A DNA stretch of 44,310 nt from the NCBI RefSeq assembly GCF_001194135.2, contig NC_069005.1, positions 5,506,148 to 5,550,457 on the forward strand, written 5' to 3'. The position numbers and the translations under genes are program-made. The stretch comes from Octopus bimaculoides. Taxonomy: Eukaryota. Positions 36,508 through 44,310 of the stretch are shown in pieces; within the stretch, counting starts at the first letter, position 1, and every line of letters begins with the position of its first letter. A model generated the notes under the pieces. That model ran no database searches. It had not been told where the DNA came from and saw only the letters and a program-made list of their open reading frames with translations.

Positions 36508-37519
36508 TCACACTTTTGTGTGTGGTTAGATATCGAATTAAGCAAGTGGGGAGGGGGTTAGATACAGCATTAAGTGTGTGTGTATATATGTGTGGTTAGA
36601 TATAGAATTTAAGTGTTATACGAGTGTGTGTGCATACATATAATATGTGTATTAGAAGTAGCTATAGAATATGTATAGTATTACACACGTATATGTGTGT
36701 ATGCATTTATATATACATATATAAATATACATACATGTGTGTGTGTGTGTAATATATGTGTAATCTATGTGGGTGAGTATTAGCTGAAGAATGTATGTGC
36801 AGTGTATGTCTATTATTATATGTGTATGCATATGTATATAATTAGTATGTGTGTATATATATATATGCGTGTGTGTGTGCTCGTATTAGAATGTATGTAT
36901 AATAAATATATACATTCTAATATATTAGTACATACTTTACAGATATATATATATATATATATATAGGCATATATACAGACACACGTATACACACGGGTAC
37001 AGAAATACCAAGACGGGTAGATAATTAAAAGGCGGTTAATTAGAAAGGAAAGAGAATTTAAACAAGAAAAACACACAATAACAAGTAAAAACGGCATCAA
37101 ATTAAGGTAATGTCTGCCCCACAAGACAACACCACATCAATATATGTATAATATATAAACATAAGGCCTTTGTTGGAGAGCCATGAAGGCCTTGTGGACG
37201 GGGTAGGGTTAGAAGAGGAGTTTAGGGGCATCGGAAGACGGGGCATGGACGGATTTGACATGTAATATTTATAATAACAGAAAGTGGTGTCTCCTCCATA
37301 AGTGGCAAAACAGGGGTGGATATTAGTGGATAGGTGGAAGTAAAGGAGTGTGTAGCGGGGCTGTGGGGCGTGTGATGTCGATTATGAGTGGTCATCGGTG
37401 TTGGGTGGATGTAGGGTGTGATGATGAATGGTGGTTTGGGAGACGAAGAGCGGGGGAAACGATGGAACGACCGAGCTAAACAAACAAACAAACTCACTTT
37501 CCAATGACTCTTCCGCCAT
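9665..37519 (-). CDS. LIN9: LIN9 (lin-9 homolog, DREAM/MuvB core subunit), spliced gene; 15 exons found (1522 nt), one more predicted in a gap
   Basis: Translated exons match LIN9 hallmarks as I recall them: [13 protein letters not shown]; DIRP domain [24 protein letters not shown]...[25 protein letters not shown]; Tudor [12 protein letters not shown]...[21 protein letters not shown]; coiled coil; C-terminal [25 protein letters not shown]. All observed junctions are GT-AG with matching phases. Confidence 0.97.
9848..10300 (+). mobile_element. 5'-truncated R4/Dong-like non-LTR retrotransposon (restriction-like endonuclease domain + 3'UTR) within an (AAT)n tract
   Basis: Frameshifted translation [20 protein letters not shown] / [35 protein letters not shown]...IPIIVGALG / [13 protein letters not shown] is a PD-(D/E)xK RLE pattern. 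Flanked by (AAT)10 at 9818-9847 and (AAT)5 at 10301-10315. Confidence 0.85.
10600..10830. repeat. Imperfect ~65-nt tandem units (..GTGGCACGTAAAAAGCACC..GAGCGTG.TCGTTGCCAG..), part of the family-C SINE interior
   Basis: About 3 units here; the same units occur at 26400-26520, 31210-31420 and 33590-33860, upstream of family-C 3' bodies. Confidence 0.75.
10871..11725 (-). mobile_element. Two family-A SINE copies (10871-11025 partial, 11341-11725) flanking the LIN9 penultimate exon
   Basis: Reverse complement of the family-A consensus. Confidence 0.8.
11084..11178 (-). CDS. LIN9: LIN9 penultimate exon ([31 protein letters not shown])
   Basis: tcttcccag|95 nt|gtaggt, phase 0-2; matches human DLNSFEFKSLTDSLNDIK. 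Confidence 0.95.
11750..12071 (+). mobile_element. SINE family B ((TTA)n-tailed) with an internal ~105-nt tandem duplication of its 3' half; other copies at about 7060-7190 +, 10316-10450 -, 15765-15950 -, 23440-23600 -, 24345-24460 +, 29210-29425 -
   Basis: Core GACTTTGCCTTTCATCCTTTC.GGGTCGATAAA..AAGTACCAG, which from memory resembles the Meta/MESC SINE domain (unverified). Confidence 0.8.
12551..13135. repeat. Degenerate (GGT/GAT)-rich low-complexity tract in a LIN9 intron
   Basis: Strong G/T skew with no fixed period; produces spurious His/Pro/Thr ORFs. Confidence 0.8.
13151..13249 (-). CDS. LIN9: LIN9 exon 13 ([33 protein letters not shown])
   Basis: gtcttccag|99 nt|gtaagt; matches human LAPDQGLQPADQPTDMRRRCEEEAQ. 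Confidence 0.95.
13585..13710 (-). CDS. LIN9: LIN9 exon 12 ([42 protein letters not shown])
   Basis: tttgctag|126 nt|gtatgt; conserved FQRxYAxxVLELExLNK. Confidence 0.96.
14635..14850 (+). mobile_element. piggyBac-type MITE (about 220 nt)
   Basis: TTAA|CCCTTTAGCATTC ... GAATGCTAAAGGG|TTAG; related copies elsewhere in the window. Confidence 0.8.
15429..15509 (-). CDS. LIN9: LIN9 exon 11 ([27 protein letters not shown])
   Basis: tattttcag|81 nt|gtaagt; start of the coiled coil. Confidence 0.96.
16118..16244. mobile_element. Small Tc1/mariner-type MITE
   Basis: TIRs CAGGATGTGCACAAAGTCTGGGTACA / TGTACCCAGACCTTGTGGATACCCTG with TA on both sides. Confidence 0.8.
16536..16637 (-). CDS. LIN9: LIN9 exon 10 ([12 protein letters not shown]...[13 protein letters not shown])
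   Basis: tttttcag|102 nt|gtaagt; conserved NDPLL and GGFPV motifs. Confidence 0.96.
17239..17474 (+). mobile_element. Second, shorter copy of the same R4/Dong-like element in an (AAT)n tract
   Basis: Near-identical to the 3' ~240 nt of 9848-10300 ([11 protein letters not shown]...[18 protein letters not shown]). AAT repeats lie 5' (running into a gap) and (AAT)14 lies 3'. Confidence 0.85.
17541..17660 (-). CDS. LIN9: LIN9 exon 9 ([20 protein letters not shown]...SPSHQL)
   Basis: tttattccaaag|120 nt|gtaagc (AAG acceptor), phase 0-0; resembles human SNEPHETMPIAAFGQKQRP. Confidence 0.9.
17885..18046 (-). mobile_element. SINE family C ((GAT)n-tailed), 3' part; other minus copies at about 18462-18612, 22095-22330, 33590-33865
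   Basis: Reverse complement of GTTAGGAAGGGCATCCAGCTGTAGAAAC...CCATGCTAGCATGGAAAG..GTTAAACGATGATG. Confidence 0.85.
18265..18398 (-). CDS. LIN9: LIN9 exon 8, Tudor domain ([45 protein letters not shown])
   Basis: tctttcag|134 nt|gtaagt, phase 1-0. Confidence 0.97.
18617..18839 (+). mobile_element. piggyBac-type MITE, TTAA on both sides
   Basis: TTAA at 18613-16 and 18840-43; CCCT...AGGG termini; interior similar to 14635-14850. Confidence 0.82.
19725..19882 (-). CDS. LIN9: LIN9 exon 7 ([27 protein letters not shown]...[12 protein letters not shown])
   Basis: ttctcag|158 nt|gtaagt, phase 2-1. Confidence 0.97.
20030..20250 (+). mobile_element. SINE family C; other plus copies at about 18975-19170, 19405-19640, 26395-26680, 30960-31115, 31210-31580, 33110-33275, 34430-34580
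   Basis: Same body with a (GAT)n tail. Confidence 0.85.
20270..20512 (-). mobile_element. SINE family A, partial (other partial copies at about 26215-26370 +, 28510-28655 -, 42860-43105 -, 44126-44280 +)
   Basis: Shared CCAAAGCCTTGTGAGTGGATTTGG core. Confidence 0.8.
20686..20811 (-). CDS. LIN9: LIN9 exon 6 ([41 protein letters not shown])
   Basis: ttttgcag|126 nt|gtgagt, phase 2-2; DIRP core. Confidence 0.97.
20990..21600. repeat. Diverged direct duplication (about 300-330-nt unit x2)
   Basis: Blocks GGTCAAGTCACTCTTGAC, CCAGTACAAACTGCCACATG, CCAGCAGGACAAACAACAAAACCT and CTCAAGAGAG.CAACGGCCATC each occur twice in the same order. Confidence 0.8.
22549..22679 (-). CDS. LIN9: LIN9 exon 5 (SSPDKK...[24 protein letters not shown])
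   Basis: atcacag|131 nt|gtaagt; start of the DIRP region. Confidence 0.97.
23008..23394. mobile_element. Tigger-type MITE
   Basis: TIRs CAGTGATACTTCGCAGTACGAGT / ACTCGTACTGCGAGGTTCTACTG; TA on the left. Confidence 0.8.
23926..24143 (-). mobile_element. piggyBac-type MITE, inverted, TTAA on both sides (partial copies also at about 17765-17850 and 22008-22095)
   Basis: TTAA at 23922-25 and 24144-47; interior is the reverse complement of the 14635 and 18617 copies. Confidence 0.8.
24491..24790 (-). mobile_element. Probable 3' end of another (AAT)-tailed retroelement
   Basis: Non-simple sequence abutting a (TTA)n tract. The minus strand ends an ORF (...[32 protein letters not shown]) followed by a UTR-like stretch and the AAT tail. 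Family not identified. Confidence 0.45.
24790..25560 (+). mobile_element. Head-to-tail train of family-B SINEs separated by (TTA)n, preceded by an inverted SINE head
   Basis: Copies at about 24921-25135, 25158-25372 and 25409-25560, each starting right after a TTA tract. Confidence 0.85.
27620..27736 (-). CDS. LIN9: LIN9 exon 4 ([39 protein letters not shown])
   Basis: ttttgtag|117 nt|gtaaat, phase 0-0; aligns loosely with the human PFRNSKRSRLFSDEDD...SPKR region. Confidence 0.85.
28986..29021 (-). CDS. LIN9: LIN9 exon 3, partial ([12 protein letters not shown]...), runs into N-gap 28730-28985
   Basis: Acceptor aattttccag, phase 1 matches exon 2, open up to the gap; 3' end not visible. Confidence 0.7.
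29581..29616 (-). CDS. LIN9: LIN9 exon 2 ([13 protein letters not shown])
   Basis: ttttcccag|36 nt|gtaaat; near-identical to the vertebrate LIN9 N-terminal motif. Confidence 0.93.
29875..30225 (-). mobile_element. SINE family E (tRNA head + CORE-like domain); copies also at about 21600-21740 + and 33870-34142 +
   Basis: TTGAGCAAGACxCTTTATTTCAxGTTGCTCCAGTTCAxTCAGxTGTAGAAATG resembles the CORE domain and recurs three times. Confidence 0.75.
31960..33589 (+). mobile_element. Degenerate mariner transposase pseudogene split by nested insertions
   Basis: [12 protein letters not shown]...[11 protein letters not shown]...[12 protein letters not shown]...[10 protein letters not shown] breaks at 32626 and resumes at 33344 (KVMA...DTKGIV...[15 protein letters not shown]...FELV). 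Multiple stops and frameshifts. Confidence 0.88.
32629..33341. mobile_element. Tigger/pogo-type MITE inserted in the mariner, itself containing a family-C SINE (33110-33275)
   Basis: TIRs CAGTAATCCCT(C/T)GCC at both ends, with TA at 32627-28 and 33342-43. Confidence 0.85.
37498..37519 (-). CDS. LIN9: LIN9 exon 1 coding part (MAEESLE)
   Basis: ATG in AAGATGGCGG context; donor A|gtgagt; phase 1 completes Ser with exon 2. Confidence 0.85.
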
Positions 37520-37584
37520 CTTGATCGCGCCTCTTTTTAAAAACTTTCACTACGTTACTTCTGTAGGCTGATCGCTGATTGGTC
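37510..37584 (-). promoter_or_regulatory. LIN9 proximal promoter/5' region: CCAAT box, CDE/CHR-like tandem, YY1-type motif over the ATG
   Basis: GACCAATCAG (minus strand, 37575-37584); CGCGCC(37526-37531)-4 nt-TTTAAA(37536-37541) on plus; AAGATGGCGG spanning the start codon. Motif matches only. Confidence 0.5.
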
Positions 37585-37901
37585 GGATCTGCGGACGGAG
37601 GAGTGGGAAGCGNNNNNNNNNNNNNNNNNNNNNNNNNNNNNNNNNNNNNNNNNNNNNNNNNNNNNNNNNNNNNNNNNNNNNNNNNNNNNNNNNNNNNNNN
37701 NNNNNNNNNNNNNNNNNNNNNNNNNNNNNNNNNNNNNNAAAGCGAGGGGGAGAAAACAAAGAGAAGGAGAAGAAGGAAAGCGAGGGAGGAAAAAAGAGAT
37801 GAACAAGGGTGAGAGGGAGGAAGGGGGTTTAGAATTTTTTACTTGTCGTCACCTTCGTCTCCACCACCACCACCACCACCACCAGCAAGACAACTTAAGT
37901 A

Positions 37902-37935
37902 GCAGCAGCAGCAGCAACGTTGCTGCTGCTGCTGC
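37902..37935. repeat. Perfect 34-nt palindrome (GCA)4GC-AACGTT-GC(TGC)4
   Basis: GCAGCAGCAGCAGCAACGTTGCTGCTGCTGCTGC read directly from the sequence. Confidence 0.95.
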
Positions 37936-38379
37936 ATTTGTTACGTTAGGGCGGGGAAGACGACGGTAGCGACGAAGTGTCGGCGTAAGTTTTTTTTATT
38001 TTAGTCACGATATTGACGGGTGGTGTCGATGGGGGGGGGGCAGGAAAGAGGTGATGATGATGATGATGACGATGCTCCTGATGACTATGATGATTAATCA
38101 AAATTTTGCTCATGATTGATCAATGATGATGACCACAGCAAGGCGGGGGGGATTACATGTCACCGGAGGTGGGGAAGGCGAGTTAGACGTTGTTGTTTAG
38201 CAACACACACACACACACACCAACCCCGGATGAAATACAGATATTATGAATGAACTCACTGCGATTCGAACTCATATCGAATCATTTACATCTTCACTGT
38301 AGCTTTCTCTTTGTTGATGCTGCTGTTGTTGTTGTTGTTGTTGTACATATCAACCTTGACAACTGTTGTCAGTTTCAAG

Positions 38380-38730
38380 ACGACGAGATGGGAGATATCG
38401 AGGAGTCTCTCCGGATTCGTGGACCCCTAATTCTCCGCATTACGAGGTCACAACTTCCACACCTCCGCACCCCACCCACCCCGCCGTACTATGGACATGA
38501 GATTAGAATTTTGCAGGAAAAAAATCGAAAGACGAATTCTTCAAGCCGACCCAACCAGCGCTGGAGACCCTGGGGCAGAACCAAGAACGAGATGGTTGGA
38601 TAACGTCCATGGTTCCAGTTGGTCACGCTCGGGAACCCAGCTGGAAAGTCTAATGACAGTTGCTTCTGTTAGGACCCTAAGGAGGAGGCGCCCGAAGACA
38701 CTCCTCCCATGACCCTCCCAAGAATAGTGG
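38380..38730 (+). mobile_element. 3' fragment of an RTE-like LINE ORF
   Basis: Frameshifted YYGHEIRI / IERRILQADP...PRTRWLDNV...SWSR..LESLMTVASVRTLRRR resembles the RTE C-terminus (YxGH...GRPRxRWxD..DR..WR). Confidence 0.55.
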
Positions 38731-38877
38731 GCGGAGAAAATGGCTGGCTGGCTAGACTAGGGCGTGGTTTGAGGGACATCTGCCTGCTATTTCTCCCTCA
38801 TTAGCGCTGTAACTAGGTGTTTGTTGTTGTTTACTACTGTGGTTATGTTTCTCATTATTTTTTTTTATCGTTAGCTT

Positions 38878-39109
38878 ATTACTCTTTTATTCTCTTTTTA
38901 CTCTTTTACTTGTTTCAGTCTTTTGACTGTGGCCATGCTGGAACACCGCCTTTAGTCGAGCAACTCGACCCCAGGACTTATTCTTTGGAAGCCTAGTACT
39001 TATTCTTTCGGTCTCTTTTGCTGAACCGCTAAGTTACGGGGACGTGAACACACTAGCATCGGTTGTCAAGCGATGTTGGGGGGGGGGGACAAACACAGAC
39101 ACACATACA

Positions 39110-39153
<44 letters not shown>

Positions 39154-39315
39154 TAAGACGGGCTTCTTTTAGTTTCCATCTACCAAATCCACTCACAAGG
39201 CTTTGGTCGGCCCGAGGCTATAGTAGAAGACACTTGCCCAAGGTGCCACGCAGTGGGACTGAACCCGGAACAATGTGGTTGGTAAGCAAGCTACTTACCA
39301 CACAGCCACTCCTAA
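38878..39315 (-). mobile_element. SINE family A, full length
   Basis: Reverse complement of 40602-41012 with high identity. Confidence 0.88.
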
Positions 39316-40601
39316 GCCTATTGTTCATTTTGTTATTTTTGTTATTGTTTAACCCCTGTTCAACCCCGATCGAGCGCTGACCTCTGATCAAAAGCATTCC
39401 AACCGTGACTATCGATTCTTTTATCCTAGGCACGCTCAGTCAGTATATTCAATTCCACATTATCTAAACTGTCCTTCTTTTCTCGACGGCTTGCTGTGTT
39501 CTGAAGAAGGTGTGGTTGTTATTTCTAACAACTTAGAAGTTCCTTCTTTCACTCGATTTTCTTGTTGTTGTTGTTTAGCCTTGGGTCAGTCCTTGACTGA
39601 GCAGCTCAGTCAGAGCATTCTACTCGTAAATGTTCCGTCATTTAGGAGAGTGTCTCATATTTAGGGGTTAAGGGGGGGGGGGAAGATTTGGCTGCTATTT
39701 CTAGTAGATCGATGACCCACGTAAAGTTTTGCTGTTGTTGCTTAGCCCCCCAGGTAGGGGAAGGAAGAAGAAGAAGAAGACATACATACATACATACATA
39801 CGTTCGTTACATACTATCTCCAACTTTGAAGCTAGAATTATCAGCCCCCGTTAACCCAACTGGTTAATCTTCAGATGAATGAACTGCGGGATTCTTCTAT
39901 TCAAGACCGTTGTGATTTTCGACTGGAACTTGACTTTGCCATTTATAAAGTTACTACAAACGATATATGGCTAGACACGACAGCATCAGCAACACAGTAA
40001 CTACAAAGCACATTTTTTTCTCTGGAGCTATGAACTGAATAATGATTTAACTGTCATAAAAGAGAGAAACGAAACCCTGCTGTTGGATACATGAACAGAT
40101 TGAAAGCATATCGAGACGATCCAGCACCCAGCTCTAAATTATTTTACTGCGAAACAATTATGCTAACAAGCAACATTTGTGGAACATTGGAAGAAAGTTA
40201 GTGAATGTAACTTTATTTTAAAAAAAAGAGATCTGAAATTAACTTCCTTCTAAACAGTATAAATTTTTTAAAATCTGACCTACGTTAGAACACCACATGC
40301 TTTCATAATTAGTGACATTCCAACGGATACTATACTGTCTGCCAGCCAAACTACATTGCGTGCAAAAGCAACTGACCATTGTCCATTTGTTACGACTATG
40401 GTAAGTAGCAGGCACAACAGCAAGGATCGTTGTAGCAATTGTCAGGGTTATATATCGGTAAAAATAACATTTTCCAAGTAAAAATAACTGGCTTTGAAGC
40501 ACACTTTCGAAGAGAGAGTATTCTCTATCAAAGTACGTAAAAGACCCACCAGACACGATTTTAAAAGCTGTTATTGAAATTGGAGAGAAGTGTTTACAAT
40601 A

Positions 40602-41012
40602 GGCGCAGGAGTAGCTGTGTGGTAAGTAGCTTGCTTAACAACCACATGGTTCCGGGTTCATTCCCACTGCGTGGCAGCTTGGGCAAGTGTCTACTACTAT
40701 AGCCTTGGGCTGATTAAAGCCTTGTGAGTGGATTTGGTAGACGGAAACTAAAAGAAGCCCGTCGTATATATGTAAATATATATATGTGTGTTTGTGTATA
40801 TGTTTGTGCGTCTGTGTTTGTCCACCCCTCCCACCAACATCGCTTGACAACCGATGCTGGTGTGTTTACGTCCCCCGTAATTTAGCGGTTCGGCAAAGGA
40901 GACCGATAGAATAAGTACTAGGCTTCCAAAGAATAAGTCCTGGGGCCGATTTGCTCGACTAAAGGCGGTGCTCCCGCATGGCCGCAGTCAAATGACTGAA
41001 ACAAGTAAAAGA
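40602..41012 (+). mobile_element. SINE family A, full length
   Basis: Head to tail intact. Confidence 0.88.
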
Positions 41013-41049
41013 GTGTATATAATGAACCCTCATTCTGGTACAATAACGT

Positions 41050-42350
41050 CTGTCTGTATGTCCGGTTTACTTCTGCAAAACAATACATGAACGACACTCT
41101 ATAAAAGAAAACAAAAGTGAAACAACGAAAACAGTGACGTCATGAGTTTTGAAGACAAGACAAAAAGTTAACTGATTTACTGAAGACCAACAGCCAATGT
41201 GACGATGCTTATTGCTTGCAAACAAGCAAATCATTATACGTCTCACCAAAGTGGAATAAGGAGATAACAAAAACAGGACATTCAGTTACAAACTGATCAC
41301 GTTCAAGTAGGAGCTTCAAAGCTGTCAGTGAGAAATTACCGTATCAAAGGAGAATGCTGTTGGCACTCCGTCGCTTACGACGTCGAGGGTCCCAGTTGAT
41401 CCGATCAACGGAACAGCCTGCTCGTGGAATTAACGTGCAAGTGGCTGAGCACTCCACAGACACGTGTACCCTTAACGTAGTTCTCGGGGGATATTCAGCG
41501 TGACACAGTGTGACAAGGCTGACCTTTTGAACCACAGAAACAGGAAGTAAGAGTGAGAGAAAGTTGTGGTGAAAGAGTACAGCAGGGTTCACCACCATCC
41601 CCTGCCGGAGCCTCGTGGATCTTTAGGTGTTTTCGCTCAATAAACACTCACAACGTCCGGTCTGGGAATCGAAACCGCGATCCTATGACCGCGAGTCCGC
41701 TGCCCTAACCACTGGGCCATTGCGCCTCCACATCAAAGGAGAATAACCGATAGAAAAACAGACACAAAATTTAACCGGAACCGCTCTTAAGTTGGAGTTC
41801 TTAGTGAGAAGTTACATCAGAGGAGAATAACCAAAGAAAAACAATAAACAAAAGATTCGACCGGAAACAGGCAGCTGTATACAGAGATATAAGACGAGAA
41901 GCAGGAAACGTCATGGGAACTCCTTCAGTAGAAGACAGAAACTCCTTTTGGAGGAACATTTGGAGCGAAGAGGCAGAGTTTAACCGAGATGCACTGTAGC
42001 TGGAAGAAATTCGAAGTAATTATTGTCCCTGCATTGCACCAAAAACATACAGCATTAATGGTGAAACTTCAGGATGGTGAAGCATTGGAGGAGATTTGAC
42101 TGCTGGATACTGGTACGAGAAGTTAACCTTTTACCAACCTGTAGCAGCAAGCTCTTAATGGGAATAGTAGCATAGCAGACTGGTTAGCTCTGGCAGAGAC
42201 AAAACTGATCACCAAAAGCAGATACGTAACACACTGCCTAAGCACCAATCTTGAGAAACTAGGCTTCTCAAAAACAGAATGGAGAAAGCTAATTCGAAGA
42301 CTACACATCCAAACCATCAATGGAACTGTAAAAATTTGTAAAACTTTCCA
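41050..42350 (+). mobile_element. Degraded, internally deleted RLE-type (R4-like) LINE, interrupted by a SINE
   Basis: Fragments FDRKQAAVYRDIRR...SFWRNIWSEEAEFN, GYWYEKLTFY...DWLALAETKLITK and C-terminal LEKLGFSKTEWRKLIRRLHIQTINGTVKICKTF resemble R4/Dong ORF regions. The left boundary is uncertain. Confidence 0.6.
41356..41731 (-). mobile_element. Near-full-length tRNA-derived SINE (family F) with a 13-bp target-site duplication
   Basis: Head GGCGCAATGGCCCAGTGGTTAGG...GGTTTCGATTCCC carries A/B boxes; ATCAAAGGAGAAT is duplicated at 41343-41355 and 41732-41744. Confidence 0.9.
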
Positions 42351-42351
42351 T

Positions 42352-42742
42352 AGGCGCAGGAGTGGCTGTGTGGTAAGTAGCTTGCTTACTAACATGGTTT
42401 CGGGTTCATTCCCACCGCGCAAGTGTCTTCTACTATAGCCTCGCATAACCAAAGCCTTGTGAGTGGATTTGGTAGACGGAAACTGAAAGAAGCCCATCCT
42501 ACATATGTGTATATATGTGTGTGTGCGTGTTTGTGTGTCTGTGTTTGTCCCCCCCCCCCACACCAACATCGCTTGACAACCGATGCTGGTGTGTTTACGT
42601 TCCCGTAACTTAGCGGTTCGGCAAAAGAGACCGATAGAATAAGTATTAGGCTTACAAAGAATAAGTCCTGGAGTCGATTTGCTCGACAAAAGGCGGTGCT
42701 CCAGCATGGCCACAGTCAAATGACCGAAACATGTAAAAGAGA
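42352..42742 (+). mobile_element. SINE family A, near full length
   Basis: Same as 40602-41012 with small deletions. Confidence 0.86.
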
Positions 42743-43335
42743 AGTTTACTATTTAAAAGTATATTATGCGCATGTCTAGACATGCAACCATTATGCACGA
42801 AAATACATGCATGAAACGAAACGTATAAATCTGCACATGCACCGACTCCAAATACTGCACACAGTTCTTTTTTCTTTTCTTTTCCTTGTTTCAGTTATTT
42901 GACCGCGGCCATACTGGAGCACCGCCTTAAAGGGTTTTAAAGCGAAGAAATCGACCCCAGGACTTATTCTTTTTAAGCCTAGTACTAATTCTGTCGGTCC
43001 CTTTTGCTGAACGGCTAAGCTACGGGGACATGAACACACCAGCATCGATTGTCAACCAAATCCACTCACAAGGCATGGCCGCAGTCAAATGACTGAAACA
43101 AGTAAATAAATAAATAAAAATAAACTCTGCAAGTAGGGGAAATAACTCTGCACTTCGTAGTTTAATTATCCCTCATATAGCTTTATTCCCTTCCCCTACT
43201 TCTCTCCCCCCTCTCTCTCTCTCTCTTTATTTTACATGCATTAATTATAACAACGTATTCCACGTCGTGAATTACATAGGAATGTCGTCATATATTGACA
43301 GCTCCATTAGATATGGCATCAGATCTCTCTCTCCT

Positions 43336-43404
<69 letters not shown>

Positions 43405-43557
43405 CTCTTTCTCTCTTCCTCTTTCGCTCTGTCTATATACATGATACATAATATATATATCATGTATATACTCCAACACAAGCACGCTGAAGTATACACA
43501 CATACAAGCGCATATATATCCACAGACACCTACACATGCATGCGCAAACACGCATAA

Positions 43558-43614
<57 letters not shown>

Positions 43615-44310
43615 GACAAACACGTACACACAGAGAGAAAACCAGTCGCGGAAAAGTTTCAGATTTATCTCCCTTGCAACGTTGATTGTGGAAAAAAATG
43701 CGACGAGCAGTTTTGCCAACAATTGTTGATTTTTCAAAGTATATAACCATAAATCCCTTAACTATGTTTATAAACTTATAAGAACTTTTTAATAAGTTCT
43801 TCACCGATAATGGTGTTTACATACCGAAGGGCTTGGTAAAAATTATTAATTATTAATTTATTAATAAATTAATATTCCTTTACCCTTTTATTTGTAACCA
43901 TAAATATAGCAATTTGAGTATGTCTATCGTATATCTTACCTTTCGTATTTTACTCGTTTCAGCCTTAGGACTTTGGCCATGCTAGAGCATCGCCTATCAT
44001 TTTAAAGCGTAGTATCTATCCTATCGCTCTGGGGTAGACTTGTGCGAATACCTACACAAATGTGAGATTCTTGACTTTGTTTCCGCAGAAAAACAAGTAT
44101 TTTTTAATGGAATTTTCTACAGGTGAAGGCTGTGTGGTAAGAAGCTTCCTCCCCAACCACATGGCTCCGGGTTCATCTCACAGCGTGGCATATTGAGTAA
44201 GTGTCTTCTGCTATAGCCTCGGGCCGACCAAAGCCATATGAATGGATTTAGTAGACTGAAACTGAAGGAAGCCTGTCATATATACATTTATATATATATA
44301 TATATATATA

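Larger units (their letters stand above)
2865..37738. other. Assembly gaps: 2865-3268, 12127-12550, 16818-17228, 18873-18910, 19231-19240, 26823-27136, 28730-28985, 37613-37738
   Basis: Runs of N. Confidence 0.99.
1..44310. repeat. Abundant microsatellites: (TA)n, (CA)n, (TCTA)n, (AAT)n, (CAT)n, (CT)n
   Basis: For example 1-38, 735-895, 3325-3490, 8897-8940, 30600-30790, 35950-36003, 43325-43610. They explain most YI/HT/CV ORFs in the track. Confidence 0.98.

Noticed and set aside
39875-40000. 41-aa ORF MNELRDSSIQDRCDF... after a CAG acceptor
   Set aside because: Short, unrecognised and without a convincing donor; it may be TE decay. It cannot be supported as a divergent-gene exon.
41660-41731. 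tRNA-like sequence (also the heads of families A, B and E)
   Set aside because: A/B boxes continue into repeated SINE bodies, there is no proper acceptor stem, and a TSD is present. These are SINE heads, not tRNA genes.
231-43804. Dozens of ORFs rich in YI, HT, CV, SL/ER or poly-X
   Set aside because: They are translations of (TA)n, (CA)n, (CT)n, (CAT)n microsatellites or N-gaps, with no splice or homology support.
43460-43804. 114-aa minus-strand ORF near the window end
   Set aside because: About half is (GT)n-derived, and the unique part has no recognisable family signature or splice support.

Overview
Eukaryotic, AT-rich, microsatellite-dense DNA with eight N-gaps. It is most likely an Octopus genome, inferred from recognisable tRNA-derived SINE families and long (TA)n/(CA)n tracts; no database check was possible. 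There are two genes. (1) A minus-strand LIN9 orthologue (MuvB/DREAM core subunit) spans 9665-37519. I traced 15 coding exons by hand with consistent GT-AG sites and reading-frame phases; one exon is cut by a gap and one more is predicted inside another gap. (2) At 579-2334 lie the last three exons of a plus-strand, convergent gene whose product is a disordered tail with about a dozen phosphotyrosine-type motifs, a likely receptor or adaptor cytoplasmic domain. The rest is mobile DNA: at least five SINE families, R4/Dong-like restriction-endonuclease LINE fragments in (AAT)n tracts, an RTE-like fragment, mariner relics, and Tigger-, Tc1- and piggyBac-type MITEs. The best leads are the Tyr-motif tail protein, a ~385-nt foldback downstream of the LIN9 stop, a CDE/CHR+CCAAT-like LIN9 promoter (possible autoregulation), inverted SINEs flanking LIN9 exons 7-8, and (AAT)n-associated LINEs that appear to use SINE tails as landing pads. 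Repeat boundaries are approximate and family names come from memory. I found no CRISPR, rRNA or genuine tRNA genes.
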